Source of the DNA: Escherichia phage vB_EcoM_G37-3
Direction: 5' to 3' (one strand)
Sequence record: MK327941.1
Length of the DNA stretch: 64,000 nucleotides
The notes beneath the pieces were generated by a model. That model searched no databases. It was not told where the DNA came from and saw nothing but the letters and a program-made list of their open reading frames with translations. A program made the position numbers and the translations under genes. Below, in pieces: positions 1-10,201 of this stretch (its first letter is position 1; each line of letters begins with the position of its first letter).

Positions 1-224
1 ATACTGGTTCCTTCTGCCGGAGTTTCTTCTTCCATTTCGGAAGCCAGTTTAGTTAATTCGGTTTCTACGAACTCGATCATGTTCTCTAGTGAGAACGTCT
101 TTTTGACCTTAATATCAAATTGTTTTGCGTAGTCCGCTAATTCTGTTTTAGCGGTTTTCTGTGCTTCTTTGTCGTCGGACGCCGCAATAGCGCGGAGTTC
201 TTCGAAATATTCTTTATCAAACAT
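1..224 (-). CDS. hypothetical protein, N-terminal part only (ORF runs off the window start)
   Basis: ATG at 224-222 preceded by GGAGAATAAC; open frame MFDKEYFEELRAIAASDD... continues to position 1. Confidence 0.5.
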   Translation of the reverse strand, partial: MFDKEYFEELRAIAASDDKEAQKTAKTELADYAKQFDIKVKKTFSLENMIEFVETELTKLASEMEEETPAEGTS

Positions 225-250
225 GTTATTCTCCTGATTGGGGGTGTTTG

Positions 251-258
251 TATAAATA
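251..258 (+). promoter_or_regulatory. T4-type late promoter motif TATAAATA upstream of uvsW
   Basis: exact TATAAATA about 40 nt upstream of the uvsW ATG. Confidence 0.4.
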
Positions 259-294
259 TTTGTATACTGTATTTATTGAGTGAGGCTATTCGCT

Positions 295-1982
295 ATGCAA
301 GATATTAAATTCACTTTCTGAACTACTCCCATGTTCAAATTGAATGTAGCGATTCAATTTTATTAGAAATGCGAGATTATTTTAGTTTTGAAGTCGAGGG
401 AGCGCGGTTTCAAAAAAGATTTAAGTATGGTGGATGGGATGGGCGTATTCGTCTTTTAGATTACAACGGAAAGCTGCCAATCGGTCTAACTAAAACCGTG
501 GGAATCTTCGCTAAAAATATGGGCTATAGCGTATGGGTAGATCCTCGCTTATTCGAAAAAGAACAAGTTACAGAAGAAGAAATTACAAAATGGTGTAATA
601 ACTTAGAATTATATTCCGGTGCTAACAGGATCACCCCTCATTGGTATCAATCAAAGGCCGTCTTTGAAGGTATTTCATCATAAACGCCGTATGTTAGTTT
701 TGCCTACGTCCGCTGGTAAATCTGCGATTGCTTGTATGTTGTCTCGTTGGTACTTAGAGAATTACGAAGGGAAAGTGTTGATCATCGTTCCTACCACGTC
801 GCTAGTGCTGCAAATGCGTGATGACTTTGTTGATTATCGCCAGTTTCCTTATGAAGCAATTCATACTATCATGAGCGGTACTAGTAAACACGTAGGTGAT
901 CGCCTGATCGTTGTTAGTACGTGGCAATCTGCATGTAAACAACCTAGTGAGTGGTTCCAACAATTCGGGATGGTTATTGTTGACGAATGTCACAAGGCCA
1001 CTGCTAAAACCTGCTAAACATCGTTACTGATATGGATCATTGTCAATTTAAGATCGGCATGACTGGTTCCCCTCGTGACGGGAAAGCTAACATGATGCAG
1101 TATGTCGGGCTTTTCGGTGATATTTCTAAGATCGTGAGTATTGACCGCCTGATGGAAGAAGGGCAGGTGACAAAACTGAAAATTAACTGTCTTTTCCTTC
1201 GTTATACCGATGAGGAATAGCGCGGTTAAGGGGCGAGAATATGCGGAAGAGATCAAGTACATTACATCTAACCCACGACGAAATAAGTTTGCTTGTAATT
1301 TGGCGCTAAAACTCGCTAAGAAGGGCGAAAACGTATTCCTGATGTTCCGCAACACTAAGCACTGAAAATTAACTGTCTTTTCCTTCGTTATACCGATGAG
1401 GAATGTAGCGCGGTTAAGGGGCGAGAATATGCGGAAGAGATCAAGTACATTACATCTAACCCACGACGAAATAAGTTTGCTTGTAATTTGGCGCTAAAAC
1501 TCGCTAAGAAGGGCGAAAACGTATTCCTGATGTTCCGCAACACTAAGCACGGAAAACTTATGTATGATGCGTTACAGAAGGTACACGACAAGGTTTATTA
1601 TATTGACGGTGGAGTTAAGACAGAAGAACGTGATGAATTTAAGAAATTAGCGGAAGGGGAAACCGGGATCATTTGCGTTGCATCCTATGGTGTGTTCTCT
1701 ACTGGTGTTTCCATCAAGAATTTGCATCATGTTATTTTCGGTCATCCAGTGAAGGAATCAACTATCGTTCGTCAGAGTATCGGTCGTGCATTGCGTAAAC
1801 ATGGTTCTAAGGATATTGCAACGGTCTGGGATCTTATAGATCATCTGGCGGTGAAGACAAAGAGCAATAATGCTAAGAAACAGTTTAGCCACCTTAATTA
1901 TGCTCTTAAACATGCGCTTGAAAGAATAAAAATTTACAACACCGATCGATTCGAATATGTCACGAAAACAATCGAGATTTAA
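295..1982 (+). pseudogene. uvsW: UvsW-like helicase gene, disrupted by three frameshifts and an internal tandem duplication
   Basis: Pieces in three frames (ATG 295; 369..683; 619..1017; 1032..1220; 1488..1982) together align along T4 UvsW (SAGKS Walker A, DECH box, C-terminal helicase domain); 1-nt frame breaks near 309-311, 672-680, 1009-1019; premature TAG at 1218. Confidence 0.85.
1176..1549 (+). repeat. imperfect direct tandem duplication (copy 1 1176..1361, 186 bp; copy 2 1362..1549, 188 bp) inside uvsW
   Basis: Copies identical except GT at 1405-1406, absent from copy 1, which gives TAG stop at 1218-1220. Confidence 0.9.
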
Positions 1983-1987
1983 TAAAT

Positions 1988-2010
1988 AGGGGCTTTAATG
2001 CCCCTTTATT
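1988..2010 (+). terminator. rho-independent terminator-like hairpin after uvsW
   Basis: AGGGGC-TTTA-ATGCCCCT followed by TTATT. Confidence 0.45.
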
Positions 2011-2025
2011 CTACGGAGATTAAAA

Positions 2026-2262
2026 ATGATTAGCTTTAAACGTTTTTTGGTTGAGGCCGCTATTGACGGTTTCATGCGTAAGATTTATTCTTGTAATACT
2101 ATCGAGGGATTAAATGAACTTGAGGCATATTATGAGAAGCGCAAGAAAGAAACAGAATTGAAACCTGCTGATGATATTTCGATCCGTGATGCCATCGCTG
2201 GACGCCGTAAGCAATTGGAAGCGGACAACGAGCCAGAAGAGGAGCCGGAAGAGGATTTTTAA
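2026..2262 (+). CDS. hypothetical acidic protein (78 aa)
   Basis: ORF with GGAG 8 nt upstream of ATG; acidic C-terminus. Confidence 0.6.
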   Translation: MISFKRFLVEAAIDGFMRKIYSCNTIEGLNELEAYYEKRKKETELKPADDISIRDAIAGRRKQLEADNEPEEEPEEDF

Positions 2263-2267
2263 GATAT

Positions 2268-2296
2268 AAAAAAGCCCCATCAATGATGGGGCAAAA
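2268..2296. terminator. bidirectional terminator-like hairpin between convergent genes
   Basis: AAAAAAGCCCCATCAATGATGGGGCAAAA; perfect 8-bp stem flanked by A run and T run (minus strand). Confidence 0.5.
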
Positions 2297-2325
2297 TAAA
2301 CCAATTAAAATCGGTTATCAACAAA

Positions 2326-2502
2326 TTACATTAACAGCATTGTTTGCTCTACGAGTTGTTCTTGTTCTTCGCCGTTCGCATCTTCACTAATCGAACGTTC
2401 TGTTACTAGCTGTAAGCAGTAGCCAGTGTGAACAACGCCGTTTTCTGTCTGGACGGATAACGCATCCTCGACAGGTTGTTTACAACAAATACAGATTTTC
2501 AT
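2326..2502 (-). CDS. small Cys-rich protein (58 aa), in the uvsY.-2 position; not in ORF track
   Basis: AGGAGGAATTTTT-ATG; MKICICCKQPVED...; directly downstream of uvsY. Confidence 0.5.
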   Translation of the reverse strand: MKICICCKQPVEDALSVQTENGVVHTGYCLQLVTERSISEDANGEEQEQLVEQTMLLM

Positions 2503-2523
2503 AAAAATTCCTCCTGCATGTAT

Positions 2524-2931
2524 TTAGCGACCAGATTCCAGCATACGCAATTCTATAGCATTCTTGATCGCAAAGCCACGAGATTTAACGATATCAAGTG
2601 CGCGACCAGCGAAATCCATTACCATCTGGTAATATGCAATTTTCGTATCAAGCGGTAAGATCTCGTCGTCTGCTGCCATGACAACTTTCAATTCTGATTT
2701 CTCATATTCAGCACGACACCAGTCATCACTACGGTTAGTGTAAAAGTCAAGACGATTTTTCATAGCCTTTTTCTTTTTAGCCTCAAGAGCAATCGTCTCT
2801 CTTTTCGCCTCGCTGTAAATCCTTAACCACTTTGAGTATACTACCGGATTATTCAGCGCCTCCCATTGCAACTTAGTCGCATCGATCTTCATGTCAGATT
2901 CTAATTGTTCTTTCAAATCGTTTAGGTCCAT
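2524..2931 (-). CDS. uvsY: UvsY recombination mediator protein
   Basis: 135 aa; aligns with T4 UvsY (LQWEA.NN...YSKWL, KSRGFAIK). Confidence 0.9.
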   Translation of the reverse strand: MDLNDLKEQLESDMKIDATKLQWEALNNPVVYSKWLRIYSEAKRETIALEAKKKKAMKNRLDFYTNRSDDWCRAEYEKSELKVVMAADDEILPLDTKIAYYQMVMDFAGRALDIVKSRGFAIKNAIELRMLESGR

Positions 2932-2978
2932 AATATCCCCTTATTCACACTAAGACCTATATCATATCACACACAAAA

Positions 2979-3377
2979 TCACTTTGCAAGTCTTATGCGT
3001 AGTTGTTCAAGATCATCTGGGTTATCTATTACTGAAAAGTAGATTGATACTATGATTGAGTTATCGTCGTACTGCGGAGTTACTTCTACTGTCAGGTTTC
3101 GGACCCGTGGTTCATAGTTTCGGATCGCCTCATTGATGTTTTTTGATAAGGTATCCACCGTCAGTGGGTTCATGTTCTCAAACAGTGATTTATTGAGATC
3201 GCATCCAAACAGTGGATCAAATGGACGAGATCCCTTGCGAGTAGTCACGATCAGTAGAATAGAATCTTTAACCGCTTTAATCCCTATGTTCTTTTTAACG
3301 TCGTTATTCCACGATCTGGATATATTGAGATCCAAATCAGTATACATCTGATTAATAGTTGCCATGTTATACCTCAA
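2979..3377 (-). CDS. 25: baseplate wedge protein gp25
   Basis: 132 aa; TTRKGSRPFDPLFGCDL and FSVIDNPDD motifs match T4 gp25. Confidence 0.9.
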   Translation of the reverse strand: MRYNMATINQMYTDLDLNISRSWNNDVKKNIGIKAVKDSILLIVTTRKGSRPFDPLFGCDLNKSLFENMNPLTVDTLSKNINEAIRNYEPRVRNLTVEVTPQYDDNSIIVSIYFSVIDNPDDLEQLRIRLAK

Positions 3378-4003
3378 AGAATTTTAAGGAAACTGGATAG
3401 ACCTGATAATGAATATACACCAGATTCCCCGCATTCGCACTTGATCGGTACTGCCAGCGTGATTTGATTTCTTGTTAGCTCGTCGATCACTTCTTCCACT
3501 TTATCCGTGGTAAGCATATCCAGCACGCGGTCAAAGTCCTGTGCGTTCAGGTCGTCTATATTGAATTGCTGATCGCCGATCACGATATATTCGATACATG
3601 CAATTACCATCTGCATAATATCAACATCTTCTGTAAACTTAGGTTGACGAAATTTGATTTTTACTTGCCCTAAGTCCAGAATATACGGTTCAACTTCTGG
3701 TATCTGTGTGCGTGAAACATCAAGAGAGTATACTTTCTCTTTATTGCATACACCACACACCCAAGTAGCATCAATTTTCATCTTATTGAGGCTGTGACAC
3801 CATAAGAGAAGAAAAATATATTCTGCTTCGCATTTCTCTAGCTCTAATGCATTGATCCCCGTACATTCATGTATGATCTCTATAACAACCTCTGACAGCT
3901 TGCCAGTCTCTTTTGCTGCTACCAGTTTTTGAAATTCGCCGAAGGTGAAAGCACGGGCGTGTATCAACTTTTCGCCTAATTGGATCTTGAAAAAGTATTG
4001 CAT
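3374..4003 (-). CDS. 26: baseplate hub protein gp26
   Basis: 209 aa, size and position as T4 gp26; 4-nt overlap with gene 25. Confidence 0.75.
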   Translation of the reverse strand: MQYFFKIQLGEKLIHARAFTFGEFQKLVAAKETGKLSEVVIEIIHECTGINALELEKCEAEYIFLLLWCHSLNKMKIDATWVCGVCNKEKVYSLDVSRTQIPEVEPYILDLGQVKIKFRQPKFTEDVDIMQMVIACIEYIVIGDQQFNIDDLNAQDFDRVLDMLTTDKVEEVIDELTRNQITLAVPIKCECGESGVYSLSGLSSFLKIL

Positions 4004-4045
4004 AATAAAACACCCTTTATAAACACATAGAATTATTTAGTATTT

Positions 4046-4053
4046 TATAAATA
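4046..4053 (+). promoter_or_regulatory. T4-type late promoter motif TATAAATA upstream of gene 51
   Basis: exact TATAAATA about 20 nt upstream of the gene 51 ATG. Confidence 0.45.
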
Positions 4054-4073
4054 CCCGAAAGGGGGATTATACC

Positions 4074-4844
4074 ATGAATATTATCCGAATAAAACTACCG
4101 GAAGGTGTGCAGAGATTTAAACCATTCACGGTAAAAGATTATAGAGATTTCCTTCTGGTGTCAACTGAAATTAAGATGAATCCAGAAGAAGAACAAACGA
4201 TTCTTGATGAGCTATTAGAAGAAATATATCCAGACGTAGATCCGGCATTTCGTGAATATATTTTCCTGAATGTCTTTACTAGTTCAATTGGTAAAACTAA
4301 GATACCGCTTTGTTTTACTTGCCCGACTTGCAACAAAGAAAGAAGAATGTTGCTTAACTTACAGGTTGAAGCACTAAAACCAATCGTTCTAGAGGCCGCA
4401 GGGCTTAAAATAACTTTCCGGTATGTTAAACCATCAACCGACTATGCAAAAACGTTTCTGGATGCGATAGAGCGTGTATCTGATGGTATTAATGACTATC
4501 TATGGACTGAATTGCCGGAAGAAGTTAGAGAACAGGTTATCGATTCAATCTCATTTTCTGAATTTGAAGAAGTTGTTAAGCAGATGCACACAATCAAGAT
4601 CGAACAAAAGATATCTTGTTGTGAGAGTCATGACCTGAAATACATAGGTCTTCTTCCATTATTCAAATTGTTGTTGAATCCAGATGAGTTATTCATCTTT
4701 TATCGAATAAACCATCTATTGGCAAAATCAAATTATTCTATCAGTGATCTTATGGACATGTTACCCGTCGAGAGAAACATTGCACTGACACTGGTCGAGA
4801 AAGACGTAAAAGAGGCAAACAATGCAAAGAACGGGGTTTCCTAA
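4074..4844 (+). CDS. 51: baseplate hub assembly protein gp51
   Basis: 256 aa; synteny between 26 and 27; CxxC pair (CFTCPTC). Confidence 0.75.
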   Translation: MNIIRIKLPEGVQRFKPFTVKDYRDFLLVSTEIKMNPEEEQTILDELLEEIYPDVDPAFREYIFLNVFTSSIGKTKIPLCFTCPTCNKERRMLLNLQVEALKPIVLEAAGLKITFRYVKPSTDYAKTFLDAIERVSDGINDYLWTELPEEVREQVIDSISFSEFEEVVKQMHTIKIEQKISCCESHDLKYIGLLPLFKLLLNPDELFIFYRINHLLAKSNYSISDLMDMLPVERNIALTLVEKDVKEANNAKNGVS

Positions 4845-5931
4845 TGTCTCAATAAAACTTTATCAGGATTATGAGGCATTTCTAAATCATCGCTTTATAG
4901 AATTGGGTGCTACCTTTGTTACAATGACTCTGCGTGATTCGATTCGTGGGGTGAACGAAGGATTGTTGCAATTCTATGATAATAAGGCGATGCATACAAA
5001 ATTAAACGGGAGAGAGATCATTCAGATTTCGCTATCCACTGCTAATACAGATGAAGTGTTTAACCGAATCTATGGGATCTCTCATAGTAATGTAACAATT
5101 GACCAAAAATCCGACAACATTTTAACATTCCAGTTAAAGAGCTATCACGAATCATTAAACCTTAAATTTTCTCGCTCATTGACAAATAACGCGGTTAATA
5201 ACGTAACTAGCATGATTGATGCCATCTATAAGGAAGTTCCTTTATGGAAACCTACTATAAAGGGTGATAACGTTGTTATTCCTCGTTGTCCGTGGGTTAG
5301 TACCATAAATGACTATATGGATTTTGTGAGGGCATACGGGCAAAGCGTAGAAACCGAGTCTTTCGTGTATTGCTGGGAAGATTTTGATGGTATAACGATC
5401 GCTGGACACGATACAATATTAAAAAATGAGCCAATACCAGCTATAATCTGTGAGCCTAGACTCATGGGGCAGTTTATTGATATGTCGCCTAATCTGATGG
5501 TTTTTAATTTCGAGTGGCAGACTAAGAGCAATGCTAAAGTTAAAAATTCATTTAGCAATGTGACATACACAACTATTGATTTTGTTACTAAGCAGTATAA
5601 TAAAATTATTGTTGGTAATGGGGATAACATTGCACACTTTGCTCATGGTGGCGCTTATGGCGATTTAACTTATAAGAATGCGTTTTTGGAAGGTTCTAAA
5701 CTTGCCACAATAGAACAATATGATTCATATGCTACCGCCGTGTGTCACGGTAATTTTTCGTTGCGCCCCGGTATGGTTATTCGATTCTTTGATGAGAAGC
5801 AACAAGCACGCAATGATTTTATTGTTGACGAAGTTGTGCATGAAATTAGCCGAGAGCAATCATTAACTCACCTGTATATGATCGGTAACAGCGAAGAATT
5901 ACAGGAAGTCAAATTTGAAGGTAAGATATAA
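4822..5931 (+). CDS. 27: baseplate hub protein gp27
   Basis: 369 aa; synteny and size. Confidence 0.8.
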   Translation: MQRTGFPNVSIKLYQDYEAFLNHRFIELGATFVTMTLRDSIRGVNEGLLQFYDNKAMHTKLNGREIIQISLSTANTDEVFNRIYGISHSNVTIDQKSDNILTFQLKSYHESLNLKFSRSLTNNAVNNVTSMIDAIYKEVPLWKPTIKGDNVVIPRCPWVSTINDYMDFVRAYGQSVETESFVYCWEDFDGITIAGHDTILKNEPIPAIICEPRLMGQFIDMSPNLMVFNFEWQTKSNAKVKNSFSNVTYTTIDFVTKQYNKIIVGNGDNIAHFAHGGAYGDLTYKNAFLEGSKLATIEQYDSYATAVCHGNFSLRPGMVIRFFDEKQQARNDFIVDEVVHEISREQSLTHLYMIGNSEELQEVKFEGKI

Positions 5932-6449
5932 TGACAGAAACTAAACCTATGTTAAAATTTGTTGTTCCTGTAAAAAAATTAGAGATAAACGGGAAACATA
6001 TCAAGATCCCAAAAATGGGGATTAAGCAACATCGATTATTAAAAGATGTTCGTAGCTGTGATGAAACATTAAAGATTCTTCTTGATTCAATCTGTCCTGG
6101 GTTAAACGCTGCCGAGTCTGAATTGGTTATGCTTAACCTTTGTGCGTTTAATGGTAAGTGTCTGGAAGAAAAAGATGGTCTTAAGCTGTCTGATGTGTAT
6201 ATTTGTACAGAGACTGAATTTACTTTAAATGGTAAAGTCTTTAAATTTAAAAATCCAATGTATACTTCTGACCCCATTATCGATGACGCTGATTTCTTGA
6301 GTCATCATTATCACGATCCTAGTGTAGACTTCCATGATTTCCCAGCTTTTATTATGGATTGGGCTACAGGATTAAGAAAAACTATTGCACTGGATACACC
6401 GGAAGGTACTATCTATGGTGGAATTAACATATTGGATCGCCTATCATGA
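5931..6449 (+). CDS. 28: baseplate hub distal subunit gp28
   Basis: 172 aa; synteny and size; start overlaps stop of 27. Confidence 0.8.
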   Translation: MTETKPMLKFVVPVKKLEINGKHIKIPKMGIKQHRLLKDVRSCDETLKILLDSICPGLNAAESELVMLNLCAFNGKCLEEKDGLKLSDVYICTETEFTLNGKVFKFKNPMYTSDPIIDDADFLSHHYHDPSVDFHDFPAFIMDWATGLRKTIALDTPEGTIYGGINILDRLS

Positions 6450-6473
6450 ATGACGCATTAACATCATTTCGGG

Positions 6474-8177
6474 ATGCGCAAGGAAGCGGAAGAAAACCCG
6501 ATTGATAAACTTAACAAATTAGATAAACTTGATTCTATTGATAATTTGCAAGCCGCTACCGAATTGGTGGCGGAGACAGTGGAACAAAAATCTAATGAAG
6601 TTGTTGGTGCGGTAGAGGATAACACCGCAGCCAATGAATTGACGGCAGAAAATACACAATCTACCGCTGGCAATACCCAAAAAACTTATGAAGAATTGCA
6701 AAAACTCAATAATTTCTCTTCTCAGATGAATGAGAAATTACGTGGTTTTGGTGTTATGATGGAACGTAGATTTGGTGTTGTCAGTAAAATGGCTAGCGGT
6801 ATTGGTGCGATTGAAGAAGCATTGAAAAAACCGGAACAACCGCAAACAATGCCATCACCTCAGCCAGTTTTGCCTACTGTGCCGGAACAGCCTAATAATG
6901 ACAACTATCAAGGTCTTCCAAAGAAAAAACCAGATGTTGAGGAACGGAAGAAAAAGAACGCCACAGATAAGCGTAATGCAGATTCTATGGAAAATCTTCT
7001 TAAAGTTGTTCGTGGAGGATTTAAAGAAACCATAGGTATCTCTAATAAGGTCTTAGGGATGTTATTTAAGATCACTTTGACCGCTATGGCAGAAGCCGCA
7101 AAATGGGGTGCTATTTTGATGGGTATTGTTTTTGTCATTGATACCCTGATGGTTCATTTCAGATATTGGAGCGATTTATTCGAGACAAAGTTCAGTGAAT
7201 TTATGGATAAGGCCGGAGAATGGGCTGGTCCTATTAGCGATATTTTAACTACTGTTCGTCAGGTTCGAGATTATTGGTCTAAAGGCGAATATGGGGAGTT
7301 AATTAAATCTCTTGTTATGGGTATTGGTGATGCATTCTATAAAACCTTTATCCAACTTGATCGAATTATCACTACTGGTATTGCTAAAATTCTTCGCATG
7401 ATCCCTGGTATGGGTGATTATGCCGATAAGTTAGAATATGGTGCTTTAAAATCTGCTGTCGCTCAAGGCTATACGCCAAATGAAAGAGAACTCGAATTAA
7501 TGGATAAGATCGAGTCTGAACACGAAGAAGACAAATATGGAGAGCGCACAGGATGGACAGGAAAAGCCCGTGATATTGGCGAAGCTATTGGGGATTCTAT
7601 TAAGGATAAAGTTAACGAAGGTCTTGTTAGTCTGGGCTGGAGAGATCAAAAGGATGTTGACGCAGAGAAACGACAAGAAGAATTAAAACGCGGGGAATAT
7701 AAGTCTGTTTCTGCTGAACAACGATCTGCTAGTCGTAAACTTAGAATTAAAAGCGAGGGCGCGATCAATAATATTAATGAAGTTATGGAGAATTTGAGCG
7801 GTGACTATGACAAAGAAAGAATGGGAGAGTTGAAAAAGGATATTGATGTTTACCGTGAGCAAGTTCAAGATCCTACATTAGTTGAAAGTGATCGTTCTCA
7901 GTTAGAGCGTCTTATTGAAAAATTTGATGAGATGTATGCTGATAAAACTAAGGGTGTGGTTCCAACTAATCCTGTTCCTGCAACTGAAACGGAAACAGCA
8001 AAACAAGCGGAACGTACTGAACAAATGCAGAAACAAGCTGCAATCCAGCAACAAACGACAAATCAGACCTCAAACGTAAATAATACACAAATTGTAACAA
8101 ACAATAGAACTATTAAACAGGGTGCACCAACAACTAGAATTGATGCTCCCGGTACAATTAATATGGGGAACTTTTAA
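6474..8177 (+). CDS. 29: baseplate hub / tail length determinator gp29
   Basis: 567 aa; N-terminus resembles T4 gp29; start choice uncertain (weak RBS). Confidence 0.8.
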   Translation: MRKEAEENPIDKLNKLDKLDSIDNLQAATELVAETVEQKSNEVVGAVEDNTAANELTAENTQSTAGNTQKTYEELQKLNNFSSQMNEKLRGFGVMMERRFGVVSKMASGIGAIEEALKKPEQPQTMPSPQPVLPTVPEQPNNDNYQGLPKKKPDVEERKKKNATDKRNADSMENLLKVVRGGFKETIGISNKVLGMLFKITLTAMAEAAKWGAILMGIVFVIDTLMVHFRYWSDLFETKFSEFMDKAGEWAGPISDILTTVRQVRDYWSKGEYGELIKSLVMGIGDAFYKTFIQLDRIITTGIAKILRMIPGMGDYADKLEYGALKSAVAQGYTPNERELELMDKIESEHEEDKYGERTGWTGKARDIGEAIGDSIKDKVNEGLVSLGWRDQKDVDAEKRQEELKRGEYKSVSAEQRSASRKLRIKSEGAINNINEVMENLSGDYDKERMGELKKDIDVYREQVQDPTLVESDRSQLERLIEKFDEMYADKTKGVVPTNPVPATETETAKQAERTEQMQKQAAIQQQTTNQTSNVNNTQIVTNNRTIKQGAPTTRIDAPGTINMGNF

Positions 8178-9235
8178 TGAAAATTAGTGTTATCAATGAT
8201 GCCGTTGATAGCTTTAAAGCGGGGGTTAAAACCTCCGCTGGTTTTACCTCAAAAAATAAAGGGAAAACATTAACCGCTCAATTCCCCGCTGAACGTGCTA
8301 GCGGTAATGATGCTAGCGGTTATTATATCAACGACTTATATAATAATGGTCTGTTATTCACTGCATACGATTATACATCTCGTACTACTGGTTCGTTGCG
8401 TGATTTCAGGAAAAAGAAAAATGTTGCTAGCGGTTTTGGCGGTAGCGTTAATATCGCTGGTTTTGATTTAAATTTGGGTGGGAGAAATGCTGCATTTGAC
8501 CGAGAGGCAATTGCTAATATTCTTCTTCCTCGTAGTCAATCTGACGTTGACGCTGCTAGCCATAAGTTTAATGATGTTGGTGAATCTGTTATTTCTCGCG
8601 GTGGTGGTACTTTAGGCGGTGCTCTTTCTAATATGGCATCTACTGCCGTTTTTGGCGGTATCGAAAGTATTACTGGTGGATACCTTGCCGATCACGGTGA
8701 GCAGATTTATAATACTGCGCGAAGTATGTATGCTGGTGCTGACGCACGAACTAAAAACTACGTATGGCATCTAACCCCACGTAGTATTGAAGACCTTCGC
8801 AATATTCTGATCATATACGAAACGTTTTTAGAATTGTCTTATGGTTCTAGTGGTATTTCCAGCACCGCAAAAGAATTAAAAGCGGAAGTTGATGCGTGGT
8901 ATAAAAATACACTATTGAGAAAATCCACCCCAGAGGAAGCGAAGAGAAATGATACTCTGTTTGAAGGGATCACCGATTTTCTATCAAACGTAATTACTGT
9001 ATCTAACCCGACAATATGGATGATCTCTAACTTCGGCAAGCGTACATCGTTTGAAGGGCGTAGCGATGCATTTGGTCCCGCTCAGATCTCAAGTGTACGT
9101 CTGGACAAGTCGCCTGATGGTAAGTTTAATGGCCTTGCTATTTCTCCTAACTTGCCGAGTACCTTTGTTCTGGAAGTATCATTTAGAGAGATCTTGACAC
9201 TTTCCCGTGGTACTATATTTGGGAGTGCGGCATAA
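8177..9235 (+). CDS. 48: baseplate tail-tube junction protein gp48
   Basis: 352 aa; synteny and size; ATGA overlap with 29. Confidence 0.85.
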   Translation: MKISVINDAVDSFKAGVKTSAGFTSKNKGKTLTAQFPAERASGNDASGYYINDLYNNGLLFTAYDYTSRTTGSLRDFRKKKNVASGFGGSVNIAGFDLNLGGRNAAFDREAIANILLPRSQSDVDAASHKFNDVGESVISRGGGTLGGALSNMASTAVFGGIESITGGYLADHGEQIYNTARSMYAGADARTKNYVWHLTPRSIEDLRNILIIYETFLELSYGSSGISSTAKELKAEVDAWYKNTLLRKSTPEEAKRNDTLFEGITDFLSNVITVSNPTIWMISNFGKRTSFEGRSDAFGPAQISSVRLDKSPDGKFNGLAISPNLPSTFVLEVSFREILTLSRGTIFGSAA

Positions 9236-10167
9236 TGTTTGATTTAAATGATTTTAACGAACAAGCCGCTAACCTTGACTTTCAGCGATCTAACTTATTC
9301 AGCGTGGCATTTGCCACCACTCCAAGTAATAAGACACAAGCGATCCTAGAAAGTATGGGTGGTGCGGTATATGATATTATACCAAATGCATTAAATGACT
9401 ATTTCGGGATTACTCGTGGTGATTATACTGACGCATTAACAAATCTTGCTGTACAGGGTGTTAGGCGTGCTGTTGATTCATCTGGTGTCAAAAAGTATCT
9501 TTTAGGTGCAATGTCATCCCGCGTAGTTCAATCTCTTCTGGGGCAATTTGATGTTGGTACATATGCGCTTGACTGGTTCAATATGGCATATAAGACAAGC
9601 GGTCTTCTGGTGTATGCTGTTAAGGTTCCAGAAAACAGATTGAATTATGAAATGGACCGTAACCACAATGCGCCAAACATTCGAATTACCGGACGTGATT
9701 TTGATCCGCTTGTATTGAGCTTTAGAATGGACTCTAGCGCATCAAACTATAGAGCAATGCAGGATTGGGTTAACTCAGTAGAAGACCCCGTTACAGGGCT
9801 TCGTGCGCTTCCTGTTGACGTTGAAGCAGATATTCAGGTTAACTTACATAACCGAATGGGAGTTCCTCACACGATCATGATGTTTAATGGTTGTGTTCCT
9901 GTTGGTGTGAGTGCACCGGAATTAACCTATGAAAATAACAACGAAATTACAACATTCGATGTTACTTTTGCGTATAGGACTATGCAAACTGGTGCTGTAG
10001 GAGAGCAAGCCGCGCGAGAATGGATTGAGGATAAGGCAATAAACGCAATAACAAACACTTTCGGTAATAATTTACTTGATAGTGGGTTATCTGCTGCTGG
10101 TAATGCTTTATCGCGTCTAAATGGCGTTGGTGGGCGTGTGGTGAATACTGTCACTAACTGGTTCTGA
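9235..10167 (+). CDS. 54: baseplate tail-tube initiator gp54
   Basis: 310 aa; synteny and size. Confidence 0.85.
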   Translation: MFDLNDFNEQAANLDFQRSNLFSVAFATTPSNKTQAILESMGGAVYDIIPNALNDYFGITRGDYTDALTNLAVQGVRRAVDSSGVKKYLLGAMSSRVVQSLLGQFDVGTYALDWFNMAYKTSGLLVYAVKVPENRLNYEMDRNHNAPNIRITGRDFDPLVLSFRMDSSASNYRAMQDWVNSVEDPVTGLRALPVDVEADIQVNLHNRMGVPHTIMMFNGCVPVGVSAPELTYENNNEITTFDVTFAYRTMQTGAVGEQAAREWIEDKAINAITNTFGNNLLDSGLSAAGNALSRLNGVGGRVVNTVTNWF

Positions 10168-10176
10168 TAAACGAAA

Positions 10177-10201
10177 GGCGGGGATTATCCCCGCCTTTTT
10201 A
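10177..10201 (+). terminator. rho-independent terminator after gene 54 (bidirectional)
   Basis: GGCGGGGATTATCCCCGCC followed by TTTTTA. Confidence 0.65.

Noticed and set aside
802-1355. Minus-strand ORFs 802..993 and 1014..1355 inside uvsW
   Set aside because: Antisense to a recognisable helicase frame, no RBS, no promoter; overlap artefacts.
6446-6502. Alternative gp29 start at ATG 6446 overlapping gp28 stop (ATGA)
   Set aside because: That frame stops after 19 codons; the gp29-like sequence begins at ATG 6474 in another frame. A frameshift here cannot be excluded but is not needed.
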